NCBI GenBank assembly: GCA_030141605.1
Contig: JAQGDQ010000244.1
Coordinates: 124,001 to 188,000, forward strand
Length of the DNA stretch: 64,000 nt
Source of the DNA: Tubiluchus corallicola
Taxonomy: Eukaryota > Animalia > Priapulida
Direction of reading: 5' to 3'
The position numbers and the translations under genes were made by a program. This document shows positions 21,430 to 35,600 of this stretch, piece after piece. The number at the start of each line of letters is the position of its first letter. The first letter of the stretch is position 1. The notes under the pieces are model-generated. The model saw only the letters and a list, made by a program, of their open reading frames with translations. It had not been told where the DNA came from and did not search any database.

Positions 21430-24400
21430 CTACGCAAGCGGCAGCTTGAAGGTCTTTAATCTCACGTGCATTTCATAAAACTCTTTATTTACTGCCTGTG
21501 GTCTCACTGTTCTGTTTGCATGCAGTTCCTCTAAACAGTCGAGCCCCGACGGTTGAAAATCACTATAGAATTTGTTGACGAAAAATCTTGGTCCAAAGTG
21601 CGTTCTTAGTGACTGTAGATCACCTACGCCTAGTACACATACTGCTCGAACGTATTTTCCATAACATGGATATCCCTCGCTGCCCCAGATAACGGCACGC
21701 GCGATGAATCGTTCCACCCTCTTTATCTCTGAAACACGCAAAAATTCCGTATCAGATTTTAGAAGTTAAAAGGGGAAGAAAAGGGAAGAAGCAGTTCCTT
21801 CGTCCCAAAAAACTCCATACCAAGTTATCATCACTTAGTATTGCGCTTAACTGTTTAAAAGACTAATTTAACAAGAAAAGAGAAATTTCTTAGCAATTTA
21901 AAATATTCGCGCCACCTGACATCACTACGTCGCACCATCCCAGTGTGCACCACTGATTCACCAAAAACCAACAACATATTATTGTTGTTATTGATCTTTA
22001 TTATTGATCTTAATGACAATATAAAGTAGTTTATATTTTTCTTAGTTAGTGAAGAGTGTGCTATGAATGCTTTGACTATATTTTTTCAAATTATTTTTTT
22101 CAAACTTGTTTCAAACGATGCACCGTTAGAATGGCTGCGTCGAATGGCCATCGTTTAAATTTACAAGTTTTATATTGCATTACAGGTAATACAAAATTTC
22201 AAGACGAATTTAAGCTTTAATTATGAAGAATGTTTTATTCTATCTTAAACGGCTGTTATAGAAGCTTATTTAGAAAGTTCATTTTGTTTTGACTTAGTTT
22301 CACAACTTCTTGAAAGTTTACGTTAAATATAAAAAAATTCAAAGTTGTTGTATTTTGTTTCTCTCGGAAGGCTCGCAAAGAAAACCAGAAAACACGTCGT
22401 CAAATTAAACTAGTTTATTATACGAGAATTCTACAACACAAAAGTATGAAGGAACGCGAAATGTTTACAGTAAATGTGATAATCTGGAAACGTGAAAGCG
22501 GGAAAGCGTATCTGAGAATACGAGGATACAAGAGAATGTGAGAGAATAAACTTTAGCGGCCAGCTCGCCTTGTTCACTGCCAGGGAACAATCTAGAAATA
22601 GAAAGTTCTCGAAAACTACTATACTATAGATCATTCTACAATATTCTATTTAATTCTAGTGGATCTCCATAACAAAAGTAAAAGTAAATTTACTACATAA
22701 ATAAGACCCGTTCGCATTCACGCTGCATTAATATCTGATGCAGTTTTCCGGTTTTCCCAGAAAGCTGTTAAAATCGCCATGCACTCAGAGTAAAATAAGA
22801 AGGATCTGGAGAGAAAACCTCCTCCTACGGGAGTGGGAGTGTTCAGAAAAAGACAAATAACGTAATACTTTAAAATGTGTTCAAATCGTATGCGTGTCAA
22901 TTTTACGCATGCGCCCTATTGTGCAACGTTTTCCAATACAACTACACTTTTTCAAAGGCGGCTCACCAAAAGCCACTTCGTAGGCTCTTCAACATTTTGG
23001 GAAGATGCAGCACAAGCGAAAAATTTGTAAATTTTAATATTCCTAACTATGATGTTATTACACGAAAGATAACTGGATCTTTTATATATATGGGCTGGCA
23101 GAACTACCTAATAATATAATTAATAAATTGCATGTTCACTCTGCACATCACAATATAGTTATATGGACGAATTGATACAAACTATGTTTTGCACTATAAA
23201 ATCAGCATCTTTTATTATTTTAAAGGTGACTTTTATGTATTTTATAGTGATCTGTCTTGTGTATTTATGTTTTGTGTCTGGGTGTGTTTGTATGTAATGT
23301 CGATATTTTATTAGTTTCTTTTGTAGCTAAGTGTTTTTTATCTAAAGCTATGTACTTTCAGGGGCGTATCAAGACTTTACCACGCCCTAGGCTGATAGTT
23401 CTGTCCTGCTCGTCTCTATTGTGAATTTATGTAATGAGCAGATTAAACAATTACTTGTGGTGTATTAGAAACACTACTAACCTAGTTTCTATGTTGTCAT
23501 TATTAATTACACGTATTTGCATTGCGCTTATATTCAAACAGGCTGCACAACTGCTTGTTGTGTAATACCTTGCACCTGTTCGTTATGTGGCACTTATATA
23601 AAAGTTGTGCTCAGTAACTGCCTGTTGTGTGTTATAAAATGTGCATTTTACATGAATATCAAAGTATACATATTTTCCGAGGAGAAGAATTTTTTTTAGA
23701 ATGTGACGCTCCTCACTTTGGCGCCCTAGGCTATAGCCTAGTTAGCCTGTTAGTTAATATGTCCCTGGATACTTGGCAGTTTCAGATTTGGTATCGGTAA
23801 CATTCCACTTCAGAAGCTGTACAAGATTGTACAACCTGGAACAGAACACTGTAAGTGCCTCAAAGGTGCTTTGGAGTACCACATCAATCATTGTTTTGGA
23901 TCAGGCACAAGATTACGTATAACCCTGCCTCAATACTACCAAGGTGTGATTAGAGGTAACACTGTTAATGATCAACAGCAAAATTTAGAAGAAGCAAAGC
24001 TTTGAAAAATTGTGTGCCAGCCTAGATTTGAACCCAGAACCTTCTGGTATCAGGTCACACGCTTTAGCCATCTAAGTTAACAGTCTACACGGCCTAAATT
24101 AGGAAACCGTAGCATCCATTATTGGTAACATGCAGCATGTTTGATGGATCTGTGCTAGAATTGTATATTGCATGTTTTGTTTTATTTTGCTTTGCAGAAT
24201 TTATAATTTCTTTTTACTTTGCTTTGATTTACATTTATGCATGTTTTTGATTTAATAATTTTCTTTAGATTCACTACATATATAATGTAAAACTATATAC
24301 TTATTTGCTAACCCAACAAATTTTACTAATAATACGAGTGACTTATTTAAATAACTATTTAGTTTTTTTGCCACCCTTGAATTGTATTTTTTAATTTAGT

Positions 24401-27117
24401 AATAACTATAAGTGTGATGTGTACAAAAGGGAAAACAAAATGAATCTGAATCTGAATCAAAGTAGATACGATTTATCCTAGTAGTTAACACGCAGTCGGT
24501 CAGAGCCACCTATGTATAAAAAGTAATTAATAAAACAATATTGGACCTTTAGTGGACACTGCGTGAAACTCTCTAACTGATACAATTATACAGGAATTAA
24601 AAATTAAAAGATGCTATGTCAATCAAACTTTTATTTCTTACCTGTAGATGGCGCTTGATAACCTATGTGGCTATTAGAGTTGAGTGTCCCCCACCAAGCC
24701 TCATCAGGATAAACACTGTCACTCAGCCAAACGAAATAGTCCTTTGCAATCTGGCTGTTCATCACAGATTCTAAAAATTTCCTATTAAAAGCACCATATC
24801 TACTGGATTTCCAAATTTCGATTCCCTGAGGTGGTGACCCTTTCAGCTGTGCACTTTTAACCAGGACAAGTTTATTTTTTGACGCGTTATATACATTGTA
24901 ATGTTTAAACTTTGTTCTGCTTTTGGTAGTGTCTGATTTAAATTGTTCGATTTCGTTGCTTCCATTATAAATTTTCAGTATTTTCACAAATTCCAGATTG
25001 GTTTTGAGCGGAAATTCTTGAGCAGCGACATTTAAGTAGTACTTCCATCTTGGAGAGATTCTTAGCAATTCCTTGATACACAGGAGTTCTTCGGTTAGCT
25101 GACTAATACCAGTGTACGTCACAGTCACTGGATTCACAATTATCACGTTATGGAAGCACCTAGAAAGCTTTCTCATGAGTCTATGTGTATTTAATGGTTC
25201 CTTCCCATCAACGTGTATGCAATAATAGTTTTGCGGCATGTATAAAGCACGCAGGAGTCTTTCAACTTCTAATATCTCACTTCGCATCATTATGCTGCCA
25301 TGAACACAAAAAACTAAGATTAATGTCAATTACAACAAAAAAGGACTATATCACAGATGTGCTTAAAGGAAAACCACACAAGGAAAATCTTAAACTTTAG
25401 CTTAAAACAATCTACCCTATAAATATTGAAAGGGAACATAATATTTATTTCAAGAATGACTTGTGATGAAAGAATTATTGCCATAGAATGGTAATTTTAT
25501 GTTCACAATGGCTAGTTCTTCACTGTTGCATGTGCTTTGCTATTCGCTAGTTAGATACGCACTAGCACGTACATATTTAAAACTCGTTGCTGTATCTCTC
25601 AGCTCATACGCGTTCAGTTTTGATGTAGTGCACACAACGGTAAACTTGAAATTTGAATTTTTGTTTGACACACTGAATGTTGTACAGTCGCACTGTACTT
25701 CAATTTTTGCTTTCTGAAACATGTGCAGTGCGCTTACGGAATGTTTTAGTGTTGTTAAGAATTTTGTCCAGTTATGAGGTCATCACAATCTGGGCCATTA
25801 ATTAAGTTTTTGAGCCATTATTTAGTTATCAAAAAAGTTTCGGCATTACTATAGGTGCCAAAATGTATACTTTTTTCGTACTTCAAAATGCGGTAGTATA
25901 TGAAAAATCGTCCTGTTTTCATCTAAGTCTGTAAGTCAGGCGTCTACCACAATTATTGTCATAAGTCTTATATGAATATACTCTGAAACTACAATGATTG
26001 TGCTGCACTTTGAAACAAGTACATTGCCTAGGTTTAAACAATATAACCGTCATGCAGCCAACTCAAGTTGGTTCACTTTTTTCACTTTGTGACGTTATCC
26101 TTTAGTTTCTAAACCAAAAAAGTGGCTTTCCAGGTCGTACCCTGACCTTCCCTTTCCCAAGTCTGATGATTATGCAATTGAGAAATAAAAGGGGAAGAAA
26201 GGGAATTTTAAAGCAGATCCCAAAAAATATGAATACAAAGTTATATTTCTTAACAACTGAAAAATAAAATTCTTAGTAATATGAAACCTGGTAAAACGTT
26301 ACTGTCTCACTTTCCCAATATGCACCACTGGCTCATCAAAAAACACTATCGATCTTATTGACAATATAAAGTAATTTGTTCTTTTGCTTAGTTAGCTAAG
26401 AGTGTGCTGCAAATACTGTGATTATTTTCTCAAATTTTATACAATGTTATCTAAACTTCTTTCAAATGACTTACTATTAAAATGGGTAATCGATGTAGTT
26501 TAAATTTACAAGTTCCATACAGCTTTACAGCTAATGCAAGCTCTGCAGGCAACAAGACAACATGTAAGTGATATAAAATTTCAGGACGAATTTTTATGGT
26601 TTATTTAGAGAGGATTTTCTCGTGCTTTACGAACAGACTAAGAATTTTATTGTGCTTACGTAAATGCCAATGGGAATTCTTCTTCTTCATCGGAAAAAGC
26701 CAATCGTGGGTAGCCTCGAGACTTCAGAAACATGTGACAATCCTCTAACTGAGAAGCCAACTTCTCCACAGTCAGTCCAGAACGAGATCGCGACTTTTCA
26801 TCAAAGTTCTTAGCTTTCTTTATTTCACTGCTGTCACCTTCAAAGATGGCGCGACAGTCGACGTTATTCACTAATCTCCCTTTCTGGGCGGGTTCGTAAA
26901 AGGTATCGCGGAAACGCTGCTCGCCGTCGTATACGATATCGTACACAGTCGGCACAACTCGAAGTTGACGCTCTTGCGTTACTGAGCTTGAAGGTCGACT
27001 TATGGTCGCGTTTATTGCCAATAATAGCAACGACACACCTACGAATATTATCAGATAAAATGCGATTTTTAGCTGGTTTACATGATATGAAGGTCTGTGC
27101 CATGGAATTTGTACCAT
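21430..27117 (-). CDS. GT14 beta-1,6-N-acetylglucosaminyltransferase (GCNT-like), paralogue B, 469 aa; exons 27117-26660, 25294-24642, 21728-21430
   Basis: Same motifs and same intron positions and phases as paralogue A; TM anchor IAFYLIIFVGVSLLLLAI; PDEAWWGTL; CYGKYVRAVCVLGVGDL; total 1410 nt. Confidence 0.9.
22346..22674 (-). mobile_element. Solo LTR, diverged member of the HSE-bearing gypsy family, in GCNT-B intron 2
   Basis: TG...CA ends; exact 5-bp TSD AAAGT; reverse complement similar to 49855-50215. Confidence 0.85.
24012..24080 (-). mobile_element. tRNA-derived SINE head remnant
   Basis: Minus strand ..agatggctaaagcg...gggttcaaatctaggctggca (A/B-box-like). Confidence 0.4.
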
Positions 27118-27385
27118 AATTTCTTGTGGTATCGTCGGTCATCACAGGCCTGTAACCATATTATCCGTTGCCGAAACGAAGTTGGCAAAGTCAAAAGAGG
27201 TGCCACATTATCCGTAGCAATCCGATCAAAACGTGGTTCCTTTTTTCTGTAGCTACAAACAGACATATTAATATAAGAAGAAAAGTTAAAAATGTGAAAT
27301 AACCTATAGTGTTGCCGCGGACTGCTACAAATGTAAAACAGTCGCGATTTAAAACACCTGTTGAAGCCGCATTCATAGGTAATTT

Positions 27386-27752
27386 TGACCTTGTAAAGGT
27401 AACACGGCGTACGTGATTTTAAACTTGTACCTCACCTATTTTTAGATATCATGAATATCGAATATTTTAAAAACCTTCTGTTAAACTAACTCATCGGTAA
27501 TGTGTAGATACCGTGTCTCAGGGAACACTCACATTACCCCTTCGTTTAGACGGCTTAATTATTGATTATGACCCTGTAAAGGTAACATGGCGTACGTGAG
27601 CTTAAGCTTGTGCCTCACCTATTTTTAAATATAATGAATATCGAATGTTAAAAAAGCCTTCTGTCAAATTAACTCAGTGGTAATGTGTAGATACTGTGTC
27701 GTACAGAACACTCACACTAACCCCGTTTAGACGGTGTAATTATCGATTATTA
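27386..27752. repeat. Tandem duplication, about 183 bp x2
   Basis: tgaccYtgtaaaggtaacaYggcgtacgtga at 27386 and 27569. Confidence 0.85.
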
Positions 27753-29086
27753 TCTTGATTAGTTTGTGTAGATGATTGCACTGTTTAATATTGTTTGTTT
27801 ATTTTCACTGTTGTTTTGTTTATGTAAACATTGTAAAATATATATGTTAGCATTACAATTAATCGTTTCTCTTTTTTGGCAATTATTAAACACAAGTAAG
27901 TACAGTGGTCTACATATAAATACGTATCTCTTTTTATTCAAACTTTTACGGTTTTGGTTACTAAAGAAATCGTAATTTAGGAACCGCGGAGATTCATCGC
28001 TTCTCCCCCTTTAAAGTATCAATTTTTTAAAATTTCCACCATTTCTTTCCTAGTGTGAGAATTAACTGCCCTGCAAAGGCTGATTTTGAGTAAAATGTTT
28101 ATTCTCATGCAACGCAGTTCTCCAAATGACAAGTATTGACAACACCAGAAGGATAATAAATTTTATGTTTATACGCTACAGAGTAACTATAAAGTCTAGA
28201 TCTGTTATCTGAATTCAGTCAAGTTACGGATCTAGATATTGCAGGTTAGTCACAGGTAACCGTAATTATAAATAAATGTTACAATTTACCTGTAAGCTGA
28301 ATACGTGCAGGTGAATCTTTGAATTTCATCTGAGGTAAAACCATCAAAACATTGAATCTCTAAAACGTCGATGTCATCCACAACTCGTGTGTTAAAATAG
28401 CTGGTTTAACCTCATCACCTGAGTTTATAACGCTGAACACAAAGTCATTATTACTCGTTTATATCGCCTTTACTGAATGTATGCAGTGCAAATATTTGTC
28501 GCCAGAAATTCCACAAACATACATAGGCCTACACCTACTGTACGTCTGTAACAACAGAAATGCCAGATGTGTGTGTGACAAGCATTACCATTCCCCTGGT
28601 AACAAACTTTAGCTATTAGCTCGTGCTAAGAGCTGTCGCAGAGTGAACTACAGTATTGGCGCTTCAGCCAGTTTCTTGGTACCTTACCATACCATAGTCA
28701 AACACTACTTACACAGGTTATAGGAACACAGAAGCTGCGTTTCTTTGTCTTCTTGCCATTCTATAATTTCACTTGTTTTACTCGCGTTCAGATAAAAGCG
28801 AATAAATGTTTTTATGGTGCCTGGAGGAAACGTCAATGATGATCATCGCATTGGTTACACACGTGCAAGCAAAGCTGTAGCTATGTGTAATGCTTGATTA
28901 ATAATTCAATTATTCCGCTCTGTCTATAGTTGGTTAATAATTACTTACAGTAATTACTTCGGATGTGTTTACTGAGTGGGCTGCACACTGGGCGTTCAAT
29001 GCGCTGCCAAATGGTGCGCAATATGTTACCTGTTTGAATTCAGATGAATAATGCAGCAGAAGTGACAATGCACGACCCATTATGTT

Positions 29087-29337
29087 TATATCAAATTCGT
29101 CTGAATTAATTTACTGTACGTATGGTTTTCGTGTAGGTATGACTGGTACCCTCAACGGATAATAGCATTATATCAAATCCGTCTGAATGAATTAATTTGC
29201 TGTACGTATTGTTTTCGTGCAGGTATGACTGGTAGTATCAACGGAGTATAGTATTATATCAAATTCGTCTGAATTAATTTGCTGTACGTATTATTTTGTG
29301 TAGGTATGACTGGTAGTATCAACGGATTATAGTATTA
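29087..29337. repeat. Tandem repeat, 82-86 bp x3
   Basis: tatcaaatYcgtctgaat recurs at about 29089, 29171, 29257. Confidence 0.85.
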
Positions 29338-29631
29338 ATTTTGCAAACAAAATATGGACAGATCTAAACATTGTTATCACATTCGTTAGTGAGTACATCA
29401 TCAAGTCATAACGCGATGTGGTTTGATCCAGAATCGGCCAATATTTCGCTACATTATATATCTACGTAGTGCACACGCTATTTCCGACTCTGATACGTTT
29501 CCAGCGCGAAGCTGCTGCTCATTTTGCATTTCTTGTCGACCATTATAGCTATACACTACTATTCTTGGCAATTTGCCAATTACTTCATTCAATGAGTATG
29601 ACACTTTTCCTGGCTTTCACGTTACAAGCTA

Positions 29632-29790
29632 TCGAACAGTATAGATAAACCCTTTCTCACTTGTCGAACAGTATAGATAAACCCTTTCTCACTTGTTGAA
29701 CAGTATAGATAAACCCTTTCTCACTTGTCGAACAGTATAGGTAAACCATTTCTCACTTGTCGAACAGTATAGATAAACCCTTTCTCACTT
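29632..29790. repeat. Minisatellite, 32-bp unit x5
   Basis: tcgaacagtatagataaaccctttctcacttg repeated head to tail with no spacers. Confidence 0.93.
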
Positions 29791-30350
29791 TTTTGCAGCA
29801 CCAATTCCGGCAAATGTATCTGATAACAACTGTAGTGTTAGTTTCTGACGCCATATGACGTAGAGCCCGCTATTATTACTTTCACGTCATTCTAATTTAA
29901 TTTTTCACACAAACTACTGTCTTCTACACATAATTACGTTCACAGTGATGTTCTTTAGACTAGAGACAACCGGTATGCACCAATGTTTTTATACATTTTA
30001 ACTGACCGTTTATAGGTCAGCAAAAATCCGTGTTTGCTACTTCCGTTCACATGGTACTTACACCGTCTACAGCTGAGTATGTAGAGCTTTGCTTACATTA
30101 TTATAATATAAGTATATACGACTGATATGTTTTTCATTGCAGTATAAACTTACTGGTGGCTGCACATGTATTATTGAACGTTTAATTAAAATTAAGTGCT
30201 TGGCGCAAAGAAATCGTTGCTAAGCCGCGCTCTGCACTGTAACTTTGGACTAAGTGATGAATGAGAACGAACGTTCGTGCCGACTTTAGTATTGATAATG
30301 TAGTTTCGTGTTACGCTTTGATTGATTACAGTTGTCGATATTACACGTGA

Positions 30351-31391
30351 TTGCTTCGTTGACACAACTAATGATCCTAGTAGGCTCATGATATCATAGA
30401 TTAATTGTTAAAGGAAGACCGGACGACTGTTTAGACTCAATCTCATTGCTTCCTTGACACAACTAATGATCCTAGTAGGCTCATGATATCATAGATTAAT
30501 TGTTAAAGGAAGACTGGACGATTGTTTAGACTCAATCTCATTGCTTCGTTGACAACTAATGATCCTAGTATGCTCATGATATCATAGATTAATTGTTAAA
30601 GGAAGACCGGACGATTGTTTAGACTCAATCTCATTGCTTCCTTGACACAACTAATGATCCTAGTAGGCTCATGATATCATAGATTAATTGTTAAAGGAAG
30701 ACCGGACGATTGTTTAAACTCAATCTCATTGCTTCCTTGACACAACTAATGATCCTAGTAGGCTCATGATATCATAGATTAATTGTTAAAGGAAGACCGG
30801 ACGATTGTTTAAACTCGATCTCATTGCTTCCTTGACAAAACTAATGATCCTAGTAGGCTCATGATATCATAGATTAATTGTTAAAGGAAGACCGGACGAT
30901 TGTTTAGACTCAATCTCATTGCTTCGTTGACAACTAATGATCCTAGTAGGCTCATGATATCATAGATTAATTGTTAAAGGAAGACCGGACGATTGTTTAG
31001 ACTCAATCTCATTGCTTCCTTGACACAACTAATGATCCTAGTAGGCTCATGATATCATAGATTAATTGTTAAAGGAAGACCGGACGATTGTTTAGACTCA
31101 ATCTCATTGCTTCCTTGACAAAACTAATGATCCTAGTAGGCTCATGATATCATAGATTAATTGTTAAAGGAAGACCGGACGATTGTTTAAACTCGATCTC
31201 ATTGCTTCCTTGACAAAACTAATGATCCTAGTAGGCTCATGATATCATAGATTAATTGTTAAAGGAAGACCAGACGATTGTTTAGACTCAATCTCATTGC
31301 TTCGTTGACAACTAATGATCCTAGTAGGCTCATGATATCATAGATTAATTGTTAAAGGAAGACGGGACGATTGTTTAGACTCAATCTCATT
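30351..31391. repeat. Satellite array, 93/95-bp unit x11, with 378-bp higher-order structure
   Basis: gatcctag at 30373, 30468, 30561, 30656, 30751, 30846, 30939, 31034, 31129, 31224, 31317. Confidence 0.95.
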
Positions 31392-31876
31392 TTAATTTAC
31401 TGTTTAACATGTACATTTTCTTGCCTATGAAAGTTAGTAATTGTTTCCTATATTTGAATAATTAGCTTGGAAACACAGCTATTGCTTACGGCAGAAACTA
31501 ATCACAGTTTGTGCAATGGCAGGCATCTCCCTTGCGCGTCAAGCACGTTTGCGCAAGTGTTACTGCTTAAACGGATGATGTCACGAAAATGGGCTCTACA
31601 TCATATGACGTCAGAAACTAACACGGCAGTTCATGATCATGCTTATCACGGTGCCGCCTTCTATTTCTCGGCTACGCGAATGTGACAAAAAGGCGCCGTT
31701 GCCAATCTTAGGAGATTCACTGAGCCGCGCGTAGCTATGAAAGTTTAACGATATTTGAGTATCCGAGGTAATTATTATTTAATCTAAGCTTTGATTTAAA
31801 AGAGCTATTGTAGTTTTCAATATTTTAGAGCATTCTTTATTCTGAACTAATGTTTACACAATCGTCAGGTTTTCCT
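31356..31876 (+). mobile_element. Complete Kolobok-like MITE family Y
   Basis: TTAA on both sides; imperfect TIRs aggaagacgggacgattgt / acaatcgtcaggttttcct. AG...CT ends with TTAA fit Kolobok rather than piggyBac (CC...GG). Confidence 0.8.
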
Positions 31877-33649
31877 TTAAAGGAAAAGACAAGTCATTTA
31901 AAGGACAAGAAAACGGTGAATGTTATTGTTCACTCATATTACATATTATCCGAAGTATTACGTCACTTTCGCTTTGTATTACACGAGGTGCTATAAGTTA
32001 AAAACATTTCTAAAAACAGATTCAAAAAGTAATTAACATCATTAATAATGCAGCTCTTTGCTTTGCTGATCTTGAAATGATTCTTTTTAGTTTTATAAGC
32101 ATGACGTCACACGCTAAAAATATTCTTGCGGGAAAGAGTGATTCGCTCTACACTGTAATTAATAAGCGTAAATTATGAATAACTTTTTTCCAGCATTAAG
32201 ATTGTACCTATTTATTTAATTGAATAATTAATTACCCATGCTCATCTCAGGCACAAAATTATTCAAAATTAAAATCAATCTAATTAGCTAAAAGCACTCT
32301 AGCGTAAGCGATTTGACACTGCAAGTATAAAATACCGAATTGGCTGACCACTGACCAGTTACAAGGAAAGGACTTTTGACCGTATATCATGTCACATTTC
32401 CTGTTTTTTCAAGATTTAATTAATTGAGTTTGAACTATATTTAATTAATTTGACATTTGTGAAAGTTGTAACTGTATATTTTTAGGTGCTGCCATCTATT
32501 GACTAATCACTTTACATTTACTAGCCAAACTCACGCCTAGTATAATAGTTCGGTCCAGTGAATATGCATACTCACTGGATCTCCCCCTATTTTACTGTAA
32601 TGGTATTTGTGAAGCCAAGTTTTGCATAGCCTCTACCTATATATACTGGCTGAATTTTACTTCTAGCCACTGTCTCTCTGTCACGCTCTCAGTGCAGTGC
32701 AGTCGTGCTACACAGTGTCTAACTCACACTCTCAGTGCAGTGCAGCATCGTGATCCCCATTTTACTTATGTGTATTTAGTGTAATAAACGTGTTTCAGTT
32801 TTGTGCAGATATGTAATATAGTGCTTATTCGTTTTCTACAAAGTGTTCAACTTCAACCTCATACATGACTTTCACAACATTATTAATGTTGACATCAAGG
32901 ATTTAAGATTATAAATATTATAACGAGATAGACACGCAGACGTAAACGTAACAAGCAACGTAAACGTCAAACGACACCTGTTGGTGAATATTATAACGAG
33001 ATGGACACGCAGACGCACTTGTTGCAAATTAGCAACGTAAACGTCAAGCGAAACCGTAACTCGCACATGACAAAACCAAACATTCCCGCCACAGATGGCG
33101 CCTCGTGCACGAATTTGTAAGCAAGAACTGTGTATCGCAGTCGTAGTCGTGGCACCGTATTCGACAACTTGCAAGAAAAGTGCTCTCGAAGGTTGCACAT
33201 GATGGCTTTCATGCAAAAGCTAGTCAGTTGCGTGTGCGTGTGTCTTTACGAAACTATTATTGTTATTAGAATTAGTTTATTAATTTTTGTGAAACTTAGG
33301 GATTGTTGTTAGTAGTGTATAATGATGTTATAATAGTATATAAACGAACATACGAACATAAAAATCGTTGTGTCATTTTAAAAAGTGTATTGAATCTCAT
33401 TGTATCACTGCATTGTGCTATTTGTGTGCCACATTTTAATCAAATCTTGTCAGCTTTTTATTGTAGTGAGACACAAACAATTAACTTTAAAATGGATAAT
33501 CGCATAACCCTATTTTAACGACAATCATAAAAAGATTTCTGACAGTTTCAGTCCTGTTTCAAATAGATAACCAGGTTAACGTCCCTTAGGTTTCTCCCCT
33601 GAGCTATAAAAATCACATACTATAAAACAAATTTTCGATAATAACGAAG

Positions 33650-35600
33650 GCTTCGTTATAAAGGTCCTTGTGCAAGTCGACAGACTTGACTCTTATGCAC
33701 ACAGTACTGTCCAGCAGCCGTTAGAAACATATACATCATTTGGTTATACATGGGTGGATTAGAGATTTTAGACATTTTTTCAACAAAGTTCATTTTAGCG
33801 TAATAAAGAAAAGTAATGCGAAAGTTATCCATATTATAAGGGACAATTGAGTAAAGCAAAAACAAAATTAGATGATAATAATGGTAATTCATGTAACATG
33901 AAAACAAAATTAGATGATAATAATGATAATAATGGTAATTCATATAACATGACATCTGAGAAGCAGTATGTTGTATATGAGAACGGTGATTGTGAAAGTA
34001 AATGCTTGCATAATTTTTTGCAATATGTACTAATAAATGTACAATGCAAAAGCAAAAGAAAGTCAAAAAGCTTATCTATCAGATAAATCAAAATAAATAA
34101 AGGCTAAATTAAATCAAATGCAGGAGATTCAACAACGATAAATGAAAATTCCACTCAATTTTTATATCTTGGAAACAAAATTAAAACCTGTCAAGTGAAG
34201 CAATTCAAAATAGCTCAAGACTAAATTAAAAATGTAGAACAGTTGGCATGCATAGAATGCATTAGTTTGGCTAATAAAGAAAGCATAACAAAATCTACGA
34301 AACGAAATGAAACAAGTCAAAATAAAACTGACTTGATTAACATTTAATTGACGATATAAGCTGACAATAATTCTTTTTTATATCTAATGGCTAATATACT
34401 GAGGGTAACAGAGTTTGTGATTTGAGACGGTAACGAGCTCCACAGTTTTACACCCTGGTATTTAGTGATTTTTGACCCAGTGAAGTATTAAGACGTTTGA
34501 CATAATAAAAATGATTTGCATATAGGTCAGGAAGCATTTGTTGTTCAAATTTAAACATAAGTTTAGCATGTTCTAATTTATATATGTCAGGCAATTTGAG
34601 CAAACTGAGTTTAGCATAAGAAGGAGTGGCATGATCTCTAAATTTAGCAAACGTAATTATCTTAACTATTTTATTTTGTTGGTTAATCAAAGGTTGTAGT
34701 AATGTCTGAGAGGTGGACCCCATGCCAAGATGCTGTATCGGAGGTAAGGATAAATTAGTGCATAATGTATTAGTGTAAGTGCGCTTAAGTCTGAAAAATG
34801 TCCAAATATATATGTCCAAAAAATGTTCTGATATAACACCTATTAGTTTACCAATTTTGTAAATTAAGTGTTGGATATGTACAGACCATGAGAGTTTATT
34901 ATCAATAATAAGGCCCAAATATTTGATGCTAGTAACTTCATCTAAGCATTGGTTATTTGTCTTTATGCACAGTTTACTTGGCGTGTGAATGTCAGATTTT
35001 ATTTGTCTAGGCTTGACTATCATAAACTTGTTTTTTTGTGACTGAGTGTTAATTTATTAGCATTTATCGAAGCGTTTACCTTGCTTAGTTCATGATTAAC
35101 TTATGTTTGCAAATCTGTTAGGTTACTTTTTGAAAGGAAAAGGTTAATATCATCTGCAAAAACCTTGTTTGGAAATTAGAACAATTAGGTCAGTCGTTGT
35201 GGAGATCGCTGGCATCTATTAGAATTACATAGAACGTTGTAGAATGTTCCGTTAGAATAATCGTCTTACCTTGTAGAATGTTCTGGAACAAAACCTCTAG
35301 AAGCTTCTCGGGCACGCTATATAAGGCGAAGCAGGCTGCTGACACGAGAGCACGCAGATTCACACGGACGCCACTTACTTACGCATTCTCTTGTACACTT
35401 ACATTTTCAGATACACTAAGACGTTTTCCAGATTTTCATGTTTAGTGTAATCATTTCGTGCTCCTTCACACTTTTGTGTTGTAGAATTCTCGCTTAATAA
35501 ACTAGTTTAATTTGACGAAGTGTTTTCTGGTTTTCTCTACGAGCCTTGCGAGAGAAACAAAACACAACAGTCATTAATGTAACGTAGGAATAAATCTCAT
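33650..35600 (-). mobile_element. Degenerate CR1/L2-like LINE 3' portion, interrupted by a solo LTR
   Basis: LFLRYINDL...FADD split by the LTR; KYLGLIIDNKLSWSVHI in ORF 34448-35023; frameshifted. Confidence 0.75.
35195..35569 (+). mobile_element. Solo LTR (HSE family, subtype B) nested in the LINE RT
   Basis: Similar to 49855-50215; imperfect TSD gtcag/gtcat. Confidence 0.88.

Noticed and set aside
29632-29790. 32-bp repeats resembling a CRISPR array
   Set aside because: Units are contiguous with no unique spacers, no cas genes, eukaryotic context. The same applies to the 34-, 81- and 95-bp arrays.
32596-32879. Possible further solo LTR
   Set aside because: Has AATAAA and a caaca end, but no convincing matching start or TSD.
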